Shown here: positions 39,162-48,435 of the stretch, one piece after another
Layout of the letters: each line of letters begins with the position of its first letter
Numbering within the stretch: position 1 is the first letter of the stretch
IMG/VR virus record: IMGVR_UViG_3300017917_004998
Span: 59,064-123,063 of that record
Length of the DNA: 64,000 bases
Origin: a virus
Strand: one strand, 5' to 3'
The notes under the pieces: generated by a model
Told to the model about the DNA's origin: nothing
Databases searched by the model: none
Seen by the model: the letters and a program-made list of their open reading frames with translations, nothing else
Program-made: the position numbers and the translations under genes

Positions 39162-40229
39162 ATGGAAGAAATTGATTCTCTGAGGAGAGCTTCATTTTCT
39201 TTACAAAGAGCCTTATTTGATGTAAAGAGTGCAATAAACAAATCCAATGGATCAAAGCCTAGGATATTGTTTGTTGCACCACATCTTTCGACTGGAGGTA
39301 TGCCCCAGTACTTATTTAAGAAGATCGAATGCCTTCTCAACGAAGCTGAAATCTATTGTATAGAGTTCAATAATATCTCCGATCTCTATGTAGTACAGAG
39401 AAACAGAATTAAAGGACTGATCGGGGAGAGATATTATCAGCTTGGTGCTGATAAAAACCAAATACTGGAAATTGTAGAAAGTGTCTGCCCTGATGTGATT
39501 CACTTTGATGAATTTGTAGAGTCGTTTATCAGCGATGAAATCTGCGAAAAGATATTTGCACCAAATAGACCATACTTCATTTTTGAAACCTGTCACTCTA
39601 ATAACGCCAAACCACAAGACAAACTTTGGGCACCTGATAAATTTGTGATGGTAAACGAGTGGATGGTGGAAAGATTCAAGGATCTTGGTGTACCACTTGA
39701 CATTCTTGAATATCCGATTGATGATTTTAAAAGACCAGACAGAATCGAAGCTTTGCAAAAACTAGGACTCGATCCTGCCAAAAAACACGTTTTAAATGTC
39801 GGGCTGTTCACAAGAGGTAAAAACCAGGCAGAATTGATCGACTACGCTAGACAGCTTGAGCATCTTCCTGTTGAATTTCATTTCATAGGTAACCAAGCAC
39901 CAAATTTTCAGGATTATTGGGAACCTCTCTTAAAAGACCTTCCAAGTAATTGCAAAATCTGGGGAGAAAGAAACGACACAGATGATTTCTATGCTGCCGT
40001 AGATCTTTTCGTTTTTACCTCCACGTGGGAGCTAAACCCAATAGTAATAAAAGAGTGTCTTTCATGGAAGCTACCAATTCTAATGAGAAAACTTGATTCT
40101 TACAAAAACTCTTATGATGGCAATCCATTTGTTTCATATCTTTCTGAAAACAAATTCTATAATGCTGATTACAACATAACAAGCATCAAAAAAATTCTTA
40201 AATTAGATGATGAAATCCCGCGGTATTAG
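39162..40229 (+). CDS. GT4 glycosyltransferase
   Basis: PHLSTGGMPQY, NVGLFTRGKNQ and DLFVFTSTWELNPIVIKE motifs. Confidence 0.8.
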   Translation: MEEIDSLRRASFSLQRALFDVKSAINKSNGSKPRILFVAPHLSTGGMPQYLFKKIECLLNEAEIYCIEFNNISDLYVVQRNRIKGLIGERYYQLGADKNQILEIVESVCPDVIHFDEFVESFISDEICEKIFAPNRPYFIFETCHSNNAKPQDKLWAPDKFVMVNEWMVERFKDLGVPLDILEYPIDDFKRPDRIEALQKLGLDPAKKHVLNVGLFTRGKNQAELIDYARQLEHLPVEFHFIGNQAPNFQDYWEPLLKDLPSNCKIWGERNDTDDFYAAVDLFVFTSTWELNPIVIKECLSWKLPILMRKLDSYKNSYDGNPFVSYLSENKFYNADYNITSIKKILKLDDEIPRY

Positions 40230-41391
40230 TGTTTATCTTGACGTAAAGAAAAACGATCTCGTTAAGTTTGACCGACCTTTGAAGTTCAAGTTTACCTTCG
40301 ATTACTTTCCAAAAGTTGACACTACAGGAAACGATAAAAGAAAAAGAGCGACAATCAAATTCAAGGATAAAATAAGCTCTGCGTACACGTACTCTGGTGA
40401 AACATCACCTGGTCTCTACACTTCGCTTTACAGAAAATGGTATACCCCATGGGTTGCTGAAGCCTATGAAGAAGATCAAAAAATATGGGAGCATGATTTC
40501 GAGGAAGGCCTATACGAATCTAAGATATGTGTTTCCATCGATAGTAAATCCTTGGGGGATACACTAGCATGGCTTCCCGTAATAGACCTGTTTAGAGAGA
40601 AGTTCAATACTAAACTTTACGTAACCTCTTTTTGGAATCCACTAGTTTCTGCAATGTTTCCTAAAATAGCATTTCAGCCTCCGGGATACAGAGATCCAAG
40701 CACGTATGCAACATTTGGGGTTGGCTGGTATGAAGAAAAAGACAGAAATGTACACAGAAGAGATCCAAGATCTGTTTCATTGCAACAGGTCGCTGGAGAT
40801 ATACTAGGAATCAATATAGACACAGACGTTCTGCCACCAAACATTCCACAGCATGTTTTAAATTCAGAACCAACAATCTCAGGAAAATATGTTTGTATAG
40901 CAACACAATCAACAGCAAACGCAAAGCATTGGCATTTTCCTGGTGGATGGCAAACGATAGTCGATTATCTCAATACGATAGGTTATAAGGTTGTCATCAT
41001 ACAGGAACAGCCAAATACACTAGATAATGTAATCGACAAATCTGGCAGCATCGACATCATGGAAAGAGCAGTAGATATCTACCATGCAGATTTTTTGATC
41101 GGACTCGGTTCTGGCCTTTCTTGGCTTGCCTGGGCATTAAAAAAACCAGTTGTTATGATCTCTGGTTTCTCTCTGCCCCATTGCGAGTTTACAGAAAAAA
41201 ACTATCGTGTCATAAACCAGTCTGTCTGCCACGGATGCTTCAATGATTCAGCACATAAATTTGACAAGGGCAATTGGAACTGGTGCCCTAGACTGGAAGG
41301 AACCAATAGAGCGTTCGAATGCTCCACCGCAATCACGCCTCAGATGGTTATAGATAAAATACAGGATCTGATCTCAACCGAAGTCCTTTAA
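40207..41391 (+). CDS. Second Aah/TibC-like heptosyltransferase
   Basis: SKSLGDTLAW, YVCIATQSTANAKHW, IGLGSGLSWLAW and CHGCFN..WCP..FEC motifs. Confidence 0.78.
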   Translation: MMKSRGISVYLDVKKNDLVKFDRPLKFKFTFDYFPKVDTTGNDKRKRATIKFKDKISSAYTYSGETSPGLYTSLYRKWYTPWVAEAYEEDQKIWEHDFEEGLYESKICVSIDSKSLGDTLAWLPVIDLFREKFNTKLYVTSFWNPLVSAMFPKIAFQPPGYRDPSTYATFGVGWYEEKDRNVHRRDPRSVSLQQVAGDILGINIDTDVLPPNIPQHVLNSEPTISGKYVCIATQSTANAKHWHFPGGWQTIVDYLNTIGYKVVIIQEQPNTLDNVIDKSGSIDIMERAVDIYHADFLIGLGSGLSWLAWALKKPVVMISGFSLPHCEFTEKNYRVINQSVCHGCFNDSAHKFDKGNWNWCPRLEGTNRAFECSTAITPQMVIDKIQDLISTEVL

Positions 41392-41464
41392 TCCCGCCGG
41401 GAGAAGTTGTTTTAGATATATAAGTCAAAAGAACACAGTTCTTAGCACATACATCTAAAACGAC

Positions 41465-44011
41465 ATGGCTATTCCACCAAACAAAGCACCCTTCGAGGGC
41501 CTTCCTGTTTATAACGGGAACGGACAACAGAGGAATCTATCCGATCCAAGATACAGGTATCAGGACGACATTCCGAATACGTCCAAGGTAATCGATTCAA
41601 GTACTAATAATCTTTATAGTACTTCTGAAGCTGCACTAGCAAGAGCTATCCAAATCGGATGCAATGGCTATCACACAATACTCGCTTCTGACGGTGTTTA
41701 CTACTATGCTCCTTGCGAAAACGAGGGATGGCTTGTACAGAGACTGGAGCAGCTGGACAGTGCTCTCAATTTCACGTACATAGGAAATTATAGAGTACTC
41801 ACGTACGATTCGCCATTCAGATACGCCAGTTCTTTCAATGGCTGGATTATAGATACAAATGGTGCAGTAAATAACTACCCGATCGATCTCGATAGCGTTG
41901 CTAACGCAACATACTCAAACGACATTGCAATCGATTTCAGATATAGCGTAGACGGAAATAGCTGGTCACTCTGGACAAATGTAGGAACAGCCCTCACTGG
42001 ATTCAACCCATCCAAAACATCGAACGAGAGGGCAGAGATATTTTCCATCCCCCTAGATCCAGAAAAGCCTTTTTATCCAGAATTTAGATTCACATCAGTA
42101 ATCATAAATCCAGATGGCAGCATAGCTTACCAAAGTGATGAACCAATAGATCCAAATGTCGTGATCGTTGACTTTGGTCTAGATCTAACCTATGACACAA
42201 ACATCCCAGGTGGTCCAGATAGTACAATCATCAGACAACCTATACCAAAGTGCTCTCCAGAAAAATCAAACAGACCAGTCGTTTTCAATGATTGCGGACC
42301 ATTAACATTCAACCCATACAACATCAACAAAGCACTAAATCTATATCAAGATCTAAGTCTTATCGTCAATAAAATGTTTGGGTTTGAAACAAATTATTAT
42401 TCAGTACAACCGCAGTCTAGATCAAAAGATGTTGTTCTAAAGGAATGGACACTCTTCGATGTTGTTGAAGAGCAGTGCGTGAAAGTAATGGTGCCACAGA
42501 ACCAATTCCCAGACAACAAAGTCAACTATGATTCATTTGGGATAAATTTTGAAGAGCCCTTCGAGATCCAAATCGATAAAGTGTACTTCGAAAGCATCTT
42601 CGGCAAAGGTTCTCAGCCCAGAAAAAGAGACATCATCTATTTTCCTTTAACCAACAGAATCTATGAAATCAATTCAACCTATCTATTCAGGGATTTCATG
42701 TATTCTCCGGTTTACTTCAAAATCGAGCTTAAGAAATACAATCCGAAATCAAACACTTACTTCAGAGATCCTGCTTATAAGGAAGAGCTTGACGGAATTG
42801 CTATAACATCTCAGGAGTTATTTGGCGCTCAGACCAGAGATCAGGAAATCCAGATCACAAAACCACAACAGTACGCAACTTCTACAAACGACAGAGGAAC
42901 AGATCCTACACGAACCTACGTCTACGAGAATCTACCAATCGTTGGCTACGATCTGAACAACAACTGGACAATCGTCTTCAACAACTACTACGATCTAAAC
43001 GATGCATTCATAACCAACAGCGAATTTCCTTTCGAACCAAACCAATACAGAAACGGTGTAGTCTACGCAAATCTGCCAAAGCTTGAAGCGGACGGAGAGA
43101 TCTCGTACACCTGCTGGTTTGGCATGAAGAACTACGTCAATGAATCAAGTCTAACCAAGAAACCGTTCTCACCTGCCCCAATAGTTAAAGAAGCAGAAAC
43201 TCCAACCAGAATAGTTTACAATTCTTATCCCTATAAGCACGGACTAAGTGCTTGGCAAGGCTTCTCTGACAACCCGAACGGGTACGTTGCAATCCAATCC
43301 GACATCAACCACAGCGGTGGATTCGAGGTGACATCTGTTATCGACGATTACAGATTCTCCGTTGCAAATCCAAATCTTCCATATTCGCTAAATAGTCAGA
43401 CACTTAAAATGCAGAAAGCACAGGCTAGAAACCTGATCTCTGGTTATTACATAGACTCTAGCGGAAATAGAAAAGGTCTAAGAATAGATCTGATTCATTC
43501 TGGAGTTCAGGAACCAGGCAACACAAACTTTATCCAGCAGGGAAGCATCGAAGTCAGACTGAACGATCTTGTTTACAATTCAAGACTTGAGTTTGTGCCA
43601 GAATACGGAGAATGGTACGGTGTAGTCGTCAACATCTCCAATAAGTACAAACAAATGGGTATCAACTTCTGGAAGCTTTCATACGATCCAAACAATCCAC
43701 AAGAGCAATCTAGCAATCTGATAAAGGTTCAGGAATCGTACCGCACTCTCACGCAGACATATACCTTTGATCTGCCTGCTGATATAGAAACCAATCCTCT
43801 AAACCCGCTCTACGGAACAGACAACAATTCTTATCGAATCTACACATCGCCAATCCTGCTAAGCAATATTAGAATATTCAAGCAAATGATAGATATAGAT
43901 AAGCAATCAATAGTTCTAAACCAAAATATAGTAAGAGACTCACAGTTAGCCCATATTATCGATAACGCCAAGCCCACACTTGCTGTACCGAAAATATCTA
44001 GAAAAGGCTAA
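41465..44011 (+). CDS. Large virion protein containing a T4 gp14-like neck/head-closure domain
   Basis: Central QPRKRDIIYFPLTNRIYEIN resembles gp14 and is flanked by beta-rich domains. GATATATA lies at 41415-41422. Confidence 0.55.
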   Translation: MAIPPNKAPFEGLPVYNGNGQQRNLSDPRYRYQDDIPNTSKVIDSSTNNLYSTSEAALARAIQIGCNGYHTILASDGVYYYAPCENEGWLVQRLEQLDSALNFTYIGNYRVLTYDSPFRYASSFNGWIIDTNGAVNNYPIDLDSVANATYSNDIAIDFRYSVDGNSWSLWTNVGTALTGFNPSKTSNERAEIFSIPLDPEKPFYPEFRFTSVIINPDGSIAYQSDEPIDPNVVIVDFGLDLTYDTNIPGGPDSTIIRQPIPKCSPEKSNRPVVFNDCGPLTFNPYNINKALNLYQDLSLIVNKMFGFETNYYSVQPQSRSKDVVLKEWTLFDVVEEQCVKVMVPQNQFPDNKVNYDSFGINFEEPFEIQIDKVYFESIFGKGSQPRKRDIIYFPLTNRIYEINSTYLFRDFMYSPVYFKIELKKYNPKSNTYFRDPAYKEELDGIAITSQELFGAQTRDQEIQITKPQQYATSTNDRGTDPTRTYVYENLPIVGYDLNNNWTIVFNNYYDLNDAFITNSEFPFEPNQYRNGVVYANLPKLEADGEISYTCWFGMKNYVNESSLTKKPFSPAPIVKEAETPTRIVYNSYPYKHGLSAWQGFSDNPNGYVAIQSDINHSGGFEVTSVIDDYRFSVANPNLPYSLNSQTLKMQKAQARNLISGYYIDSSGNRKGLRIDLIHSGVQEPGNTNFIQQGSIEVRLNDLVYNSRLEFVPEYGEWYGVVVNISNKYKQMGINFWKLSYDPNNPQEQSSNLIKVQESYRTLTQTYTFDLPADIETNPLNPLYGTDNNSYRIYTSPILLSNIRIFKQMIDIDKQSIVLNQNIVRDSQLAHIIDNAKPTLAVPKISRKG

Positions 44012-44027
44012 CCATTAAATCAAATAT

Positions 44028-44801
44028 ATGGCAAGAAGCAAACCAAAACCAGAAAAGATAGTACAGGAGCAGATCAAGGCTTCTCTAGACTCAATTCTAC
44101 TCGATGAGATGCTGGATATAGAATCAGTAAGGCCTCACGAATTACCTAGGATGAAGACCACAGATGTCATGAATTTTACTGAGGTCACCCAATCAACGGG
44201 AACCGATGCAAAATCCCTGATGGATTCTATAGTTAAGTTCTATCTGGACGAAAATCTCATCGACCAAACATCCTACGTCGATTACAAGAAAAAGATAGAT
44301 TCGATGAACATCTCGTCGATGATGCTACAGCTAAAAACAGCTCAGCATGCTATCACAAAGTTGCTTGAAGAGATAGATCTCGGGATGGCAAATCCAAGGA
44401 TGTTCGAGGTCCTAGCACAGCTGCAGTCGCAAATCATGCAGATGCCTAAAGACTATCAGAACTACATGGAAAAGATGGAGGAAAGCTACAAAAGAATAGG
44501 CAAGGAAATGGAGTCTAAAACCAATTCCGGTGCGATAGCTTTAGATTCCCCTAGTGGAGATGTTTACTCTGGTGTCAAACCTGGTGTGACCGAATCTGGT
44601 GGGATCAAAGTCAGAGGCACAAAAAGTCTCATGGAGGGTTTAAGAGACATTCTGGGTGCTGAGATCGAAGATATCAAACCGATCGAAGAGAACGAAAATT
44701 CTGTGGTGAACGCGAAGAAGAAAACTGAGATTGATGCTTCTAGAAACGTTTTAATACAGGATGATGATAAGCTAGAGATTGACGAGGACCTATTCTTATG
44801 A
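44028..44801 (+). CDS. Hypothetical protein, candidate terminase small subunit
   Basis: Helical ORF directly upstream of, and overlapping, the terminase. The assignment rests on position only. Confidence 0.4.
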   Translation: MARSKPKPEKIVQEQIKASLDSILLDEMLDIESVRPHELPRMKTTDVMNFTEVTQSTGTDAKSLMDSIVKFYLDENLIDQTSYVDYKKKIDSMNISSMMLQLKTAQHAITKLLEEIDLGMANPRMFEVLAQLQSQIMQMPKDYQNYMEKMEESYKRIGKEMESKTNSGAIALDSPSGDVYSGVKPGVTESGGIKVRGTKSLMEGLRDILGAEIEDIKPIEENENSVVNAKKKTEIDASRNVLIQDDDKLEIDEDLFL

Positions 44802-45289
44802 GTGTAGAAATAGAAGAAGGACTGATAGACTCCAATTATTGGTCCACGAAAAGAGTCGAAGAATTACTTTGGAGAGTCGAAGAAGAAGGTCTGGATTACA
44901 AATCTGTAGACAACCCTTTCCATGATGGCGATCCTGAACTGAAGAGAAGTAATCTCTTATGGGAATATACCAATGACGAATTACTGGAAATGCAAAAGTG
45001 TGCGAAAGATGTAATCTATTTCGCTAAATATTGCAGGGTAATGACTGACGACGGATTGGTCTATGTGAAGCTTAGAGACTACCAGCAATCTGTGTTAAGA
45101 GAGTATCAGGTAAACCGCTTTAATGTTTTTTTGGCCCCGCGACAGGTGGGCAAATGTCTCTTACCCACAACTTATATAGTAGATAAAAACAATAAAAAGG
45201 TTTCTATAAAGTCCTTAAAAAAACAAAAAAACAAAGATATTTATTCATTTGTGAAATCTTTTTTGTATAAGCTATACAATTTCTTGTAA
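44798..45289 (+). CDS. terL: Large terminase (gp17) part 1 (119-aa N-extein plus 44-aa IntN)
   Basis: KCAKDVIYFAKYC..LRDYQ..RFNVFLAPRQVGK|CLLPTTYI, then a stop. Confidence 0.88.
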   Translation: MSVEIEEGLIDSNYWSTKRVEELLWRVEEEGLDYKSVDNPFHDGDPELKRSNLLWEYTNDELLEMQKCAKDVIYFAKYCRVMTDDGLVYVKLRDYQQSVLREYQVNRFNVFLAPRQVGKCLLPTTYIVDKNNKKVSIKSLKKQKNKDIYSFVKSFLYKLYNFL

Positions 45290-46884
45290 CGTCTGCCATA
45301 GTGTCAGATACATACATAGACTATATAAAATAGATTAAAAATGAAACAAAGAGAAAAAAAAGAATTTTTGTGTAAAAATTGTGGAACAAACTACACCTCT
45401 AGCTCAATGAACAGCCAATTCTGTACAATTGACTGCAGGAAAGAATTTAAGGTAAAAGACGGGAAAGAACCAGATAAAGATTATGTGATCTGTAAAATCT
45501 GCAGCAGGGCAACATCAAACGTTACTGGTGTGCACCTTAGAAACCATCCGGGCTGGACAGCTGAGAGATACAAAAAAGAATTCCCAGGAATTCCTGTTAT
45601 AGCTTCTAACGTGCTTGAAAGAATAACAGAGGGCTCTAAAAAAGCAGGTGCACTAATGAGCGAGCCACACCATAGAGAAAGACAAAGCAAGATGATGCTT
45701 GGAGAAAAAAACCCAATGCACAAATCGAATACCACTGACGAAGAAAGAAGATCAGTGTCTCCGTTTTCTCCAGATTTCTACCTCAAAAAATTTCCCAATA
45801 TTACCCAGGAAGAAGCAGAAGCCATGGCTAAAGATAAGCTTTCAGAAAACGCAATCATCTCGTGGGTTAAAAAAGAATATTGGATGAATAAGGGCTACAC
45901 TGAGGAGGAAGCAATCAAAATTATTTCAAAAAAGCAGGCGACATTTTCTTTGGAGAAGTGCATCGAGAAATACGGAAAGCAAGAGGGGATTAAAAAATGG
46001 GAGGAAAGACAAAAGAAATGGAAGTATAAAGTCTTTAATGATACAACCCACATCTCAAGAGGATATTCTAAAATTAGCGAAGAATTCATAGGTTCTTTGC
46101 TTGATGTTTTAAATAAAATGGGCTATCCCAATTCTGACATCCTACATGGTAAAAATGAAAAATTCATCAGGACTAAAGAAGGTAATGTTTATAAATATGA
46201 TTTGGTTTTTTCTAATCTAAAGAAAATAATCGAATTTAATGGGGATTTTTGGCATGCAAACCCAAATTTGTTTGAATCAAATTATCTAAATAAGCCAAAA
46301 AATATGACCGCAAAAGAGATATGGGAATATGATGCGGAAAAGAAAAAAACAGCAGAGTCTCACGGATATACAGTTTTTACTTTGTGGGAGGGAGACTATA
46401 GACAAGATAAAACAATGGCAATTAAAAAGTGCCTAGATTACTTACTGATATGAGAGTAAAACTTAAAAAATTAATACTAAGATTAATCTCCCTGATAGAA
46501 AGATTTGAATTCAGGCATCTGGATCTTGACCAGAACGATCACAACAAAAAAATCATAAATGAATCAGACATCGATGTTCAGGTTCTGTCTGATACTGGAT
46601 TTGTTAAAGCTTATAAATATCTAGAAACTCAGCCCTATGACGTTTGGTTTCTAGAACTGGAAAATGGTGATTTTATAGACTGCGCAGACATTCACATTGT
46701 ATATGACCAGGATCTGAACGAAGTCCTCGTCAAAGACCTTCAAATAGGAGATCTTGTGATAACATCAAAAGGTACGAGCAAAGTAAAGTTCTTAGAGAAT
46801 ACCGGTATCCCAGTTTCGATGGTCGATTTATCGATAGATCATCCAAATCACAGATATTACACAAACGATATACTTTCTCACAAC
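45155..46884 (+). mobile_element. Split intein in TerL (IntN 45155-45286, IntC 46450-46884) with an intervening endonuclease gene
   Basis: Cys1 follows RQVGK. IntC has SDTGF, DCADIHI, MVDLSI and SHN followed by Ser(+1). Splicing restores Walker A RQVGK-S. Confidence 0.88.
45341..46453 (+). CDS. Free-standing homing endonuclease, Vsr-like/PD-(D/E)XK with Zn-finger and NUMOD3-like DNA-binding modules
   Basis: CKNC..CTIDC, CKIC..HLRNH, RQSKMMLGEKNPM and YDLVFSNLKKIIEFNGDFWH motifs. Confidence 0.8.
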   Translation: MKQREKKEFLCKNCGTNYTSSSMNSQFCTIDCRKEFKVKDGKEPDKDYVICKICSRATSNVTGVHLRNHPGWTAERYKKEFPGIPVIASNVLERITEGSKKAGALMSEPHHRERQSKMMLGEKNPMHKSNTTDEERRSVSPFSPDFYLKKFPNITQEEAEAMAKDKLSENAIISWVKKEYWMNKGYTEEEAIKIISKKQATFSLEKCIEKYGKQEGIKKWEERQKKWKYKVFNDTTHISRGYSKISEEFIGSLLDVLNKMGYPNSDILHGKNEKFIRTKEGNVYKYDLVFSNLKKIIEFNGDFWHANPNLFESNYLNKPKNMTAKEIWEYDAEKKKTAESHGYTVFTLWEGDYRQDKTMAIKKCLDYLLI

Positions 46885-48333
46885 AGTATCACGTCTGCGA
46901 TTATTCTTGTTTGGTATCTGCTTTTCAACCACGATAAAAATGCTATGATCCTAGCAAACGTTGGTTCTACTGCGGAAGAATTGATGGACAAGATCAAAGC
47001 GATAGTGAAAGGCCTTCCGTGGTTTTTGAAACCCGGAATTATTGTGAATAACGTTATGTCAATGAAATTTGACAATGGCTGCAGGGCAATTGCTAAAACG
47101 ACAACCAAAACATCAGCGATTGGTTTTACCATCCACTTTTTGTATATGGATGAGTTTGCACACATCCATCCCAATTTTATTGAAAGCTTTTTTAGATCTA
47201 CGTATCCGACAGTTTCCTCGTCAAAGGTTTCCCGTATTATCATAACCTCGACACCCAACGGAATGAACAAATTCCATGACATCTACCAGGATGCAGTCAC
47301 AGGAGAAAACAGTTTTAACCCGATTAGAGTTGACTGGTGGCAGGTTCCTGGCAGGGATGACGAATGGAAAAAAGAGGAGATTGCCAACCTGGGCAGTGAG
47401 GAATTGTTCAATCAGGAATACGGAAACCAATTCTTAAGTTCTTCCACGTTGCTATTGGGATCTAACGAGCTCAAAAAAATTAAAAGCAACGAGGCAGAGT
47501 ATGTGTGGCGTGAGATTGATGCTCTTGGAGATGCCGGGGTCAAGTACGAAAATCTGAGATGGCATCCGAAATTTTCACCGGACGGCAGGGATCTTGATTT
47601 AATGTCCAAATCATTTGTGCTGTCTGTAGACCTTGCTGGTGGTAGCAAAGGTGACTATACAGTCCTGAACATTTTCAAAATAATCCCGTTGCCAAGAAAG
47701 ATCATAGAAGCTATGGACGATTTCTCTGACGAGGCAGATTTTTTCGGTCTTCTTCAGGTTGGAATCTTCAGAGACAATGAGATCCAGATTGAGGACTTTA
47801 AAAAATTCCTTGAGATCCTGGTAACTAAATTCTTCGACAAAGAGAAGATAAAAATTCTGCTGGAGGTCAATTTCAAGGGTGATCTTCTTCTGGACAAGCT
47901 TACACTAAACGACAACATCCCACCTGAGGTCTTTTTGTACACTAAACACACTGAATCTGCAAGAACCGCTAAACCAGGTATTAAGTACAACGAGAAAAAC
48001 AAGGAAAAATACTGTGAGATGCTTAGAATCCTGACTAGATCTAACAGGATCATTCTGAATGAAAAATTGTGGACAATCCCAGAGCTTTTCTCATTTGGTC
48101 TTACTGGAAAGGGAACTTATGCTAGTCAATCCGGACACGATGATGTTGCGATGACTGTTGTTAATCTGTCTGCATTATTTGAAGGCAATGCCTTTTTTGA
48201 CCTGATCAGCGAAATATACGATCAGCTTGATGAGTCTTACAGAGAATTAATTGAAAGCAAACTTGATGATAGCGACGAAGAAGGCGGTACCAAAGAGGGA
48301 GGTTTCTATGGTTCGTTCAGTAAACTCCTTTAA
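46450..48333 (+). CDS. terL: Large terminase part 2 (IntC + C-extein)
   Basis: After SHN come Walker B LYMDEFAH, IITSTPNG, FNQEY, LSVDLAGG and GHDDVAM. ATG 46450 overlaps the endonuclease TGA. Confidence 0.9.
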   Translation: MRVKLKKLILRLISLIERFEFRHLDLDQNDHNKKIINESDIDVQVLSDTGFVKAYKYLETQPYDVWFLELENGDFIDCADIHIVYDQDLNEVLVKDLQIGDLVITSKGTSKVKFLENTGIPVSMVDLSIDHPNHRYYTNDILSHNSITSAIILVWYLLFNHDKNAMILANVGSTAEELMDKIKAIVKGLPWFLKPGIIVNNVMSMKFDNGCRAIAKTTTKTSAIGFTIHFLYMDEFAHIHPNFIESFFRSTYPTVSSSKVSRIIITSTPNGMNKFHDIYQDAVTGENSFNPIRVDWWQVPGRDDEWKKEEIANLGSEELFNQEYGNQFLSSSTLLLGSNELKKIKSNEAEYVWREIDALGDAGVKYENLRWHPKFSPDGRDLDLMSKSFVLSVDLAGGSKGDYTVLNIFKIIPLPRKIIEAMDDFSDEADFFGLLQVGIFRDNEIQIEDFKKFLEILVTKFFDKEKIKILLEVNFKGDLLLDKLTLNDNIPPEVFLYTKHTESARTAKPGIKYNEKNKEKYCEMLRILTRSNRIILNEKLWTIPELFSFGLTGKGTYASQSGHDDVAMTVVNLSALFEGNAFFDLISEIYDQLDESYRELIESKLDDSDEEGGTKEGGFYGSFSKLL

Positions 48334-48435
48334 ATTACAAAACGTATTGATATATAAAGTTAAGATTGGTGAACCGTGCATAAATGTACGCCTTCCGATC
48401 GATATATAGAATGTAAAAATATCTTCTGAACAATA

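Noticed and set aside
45290-46449. Group I intron carrying the endonuclease in terL
   Set aside because: Only about 50 nt of non-coding sequence flanks the endonuclease ORF, too little for a ribozyme core. Both flanks carry complete intein motifs.
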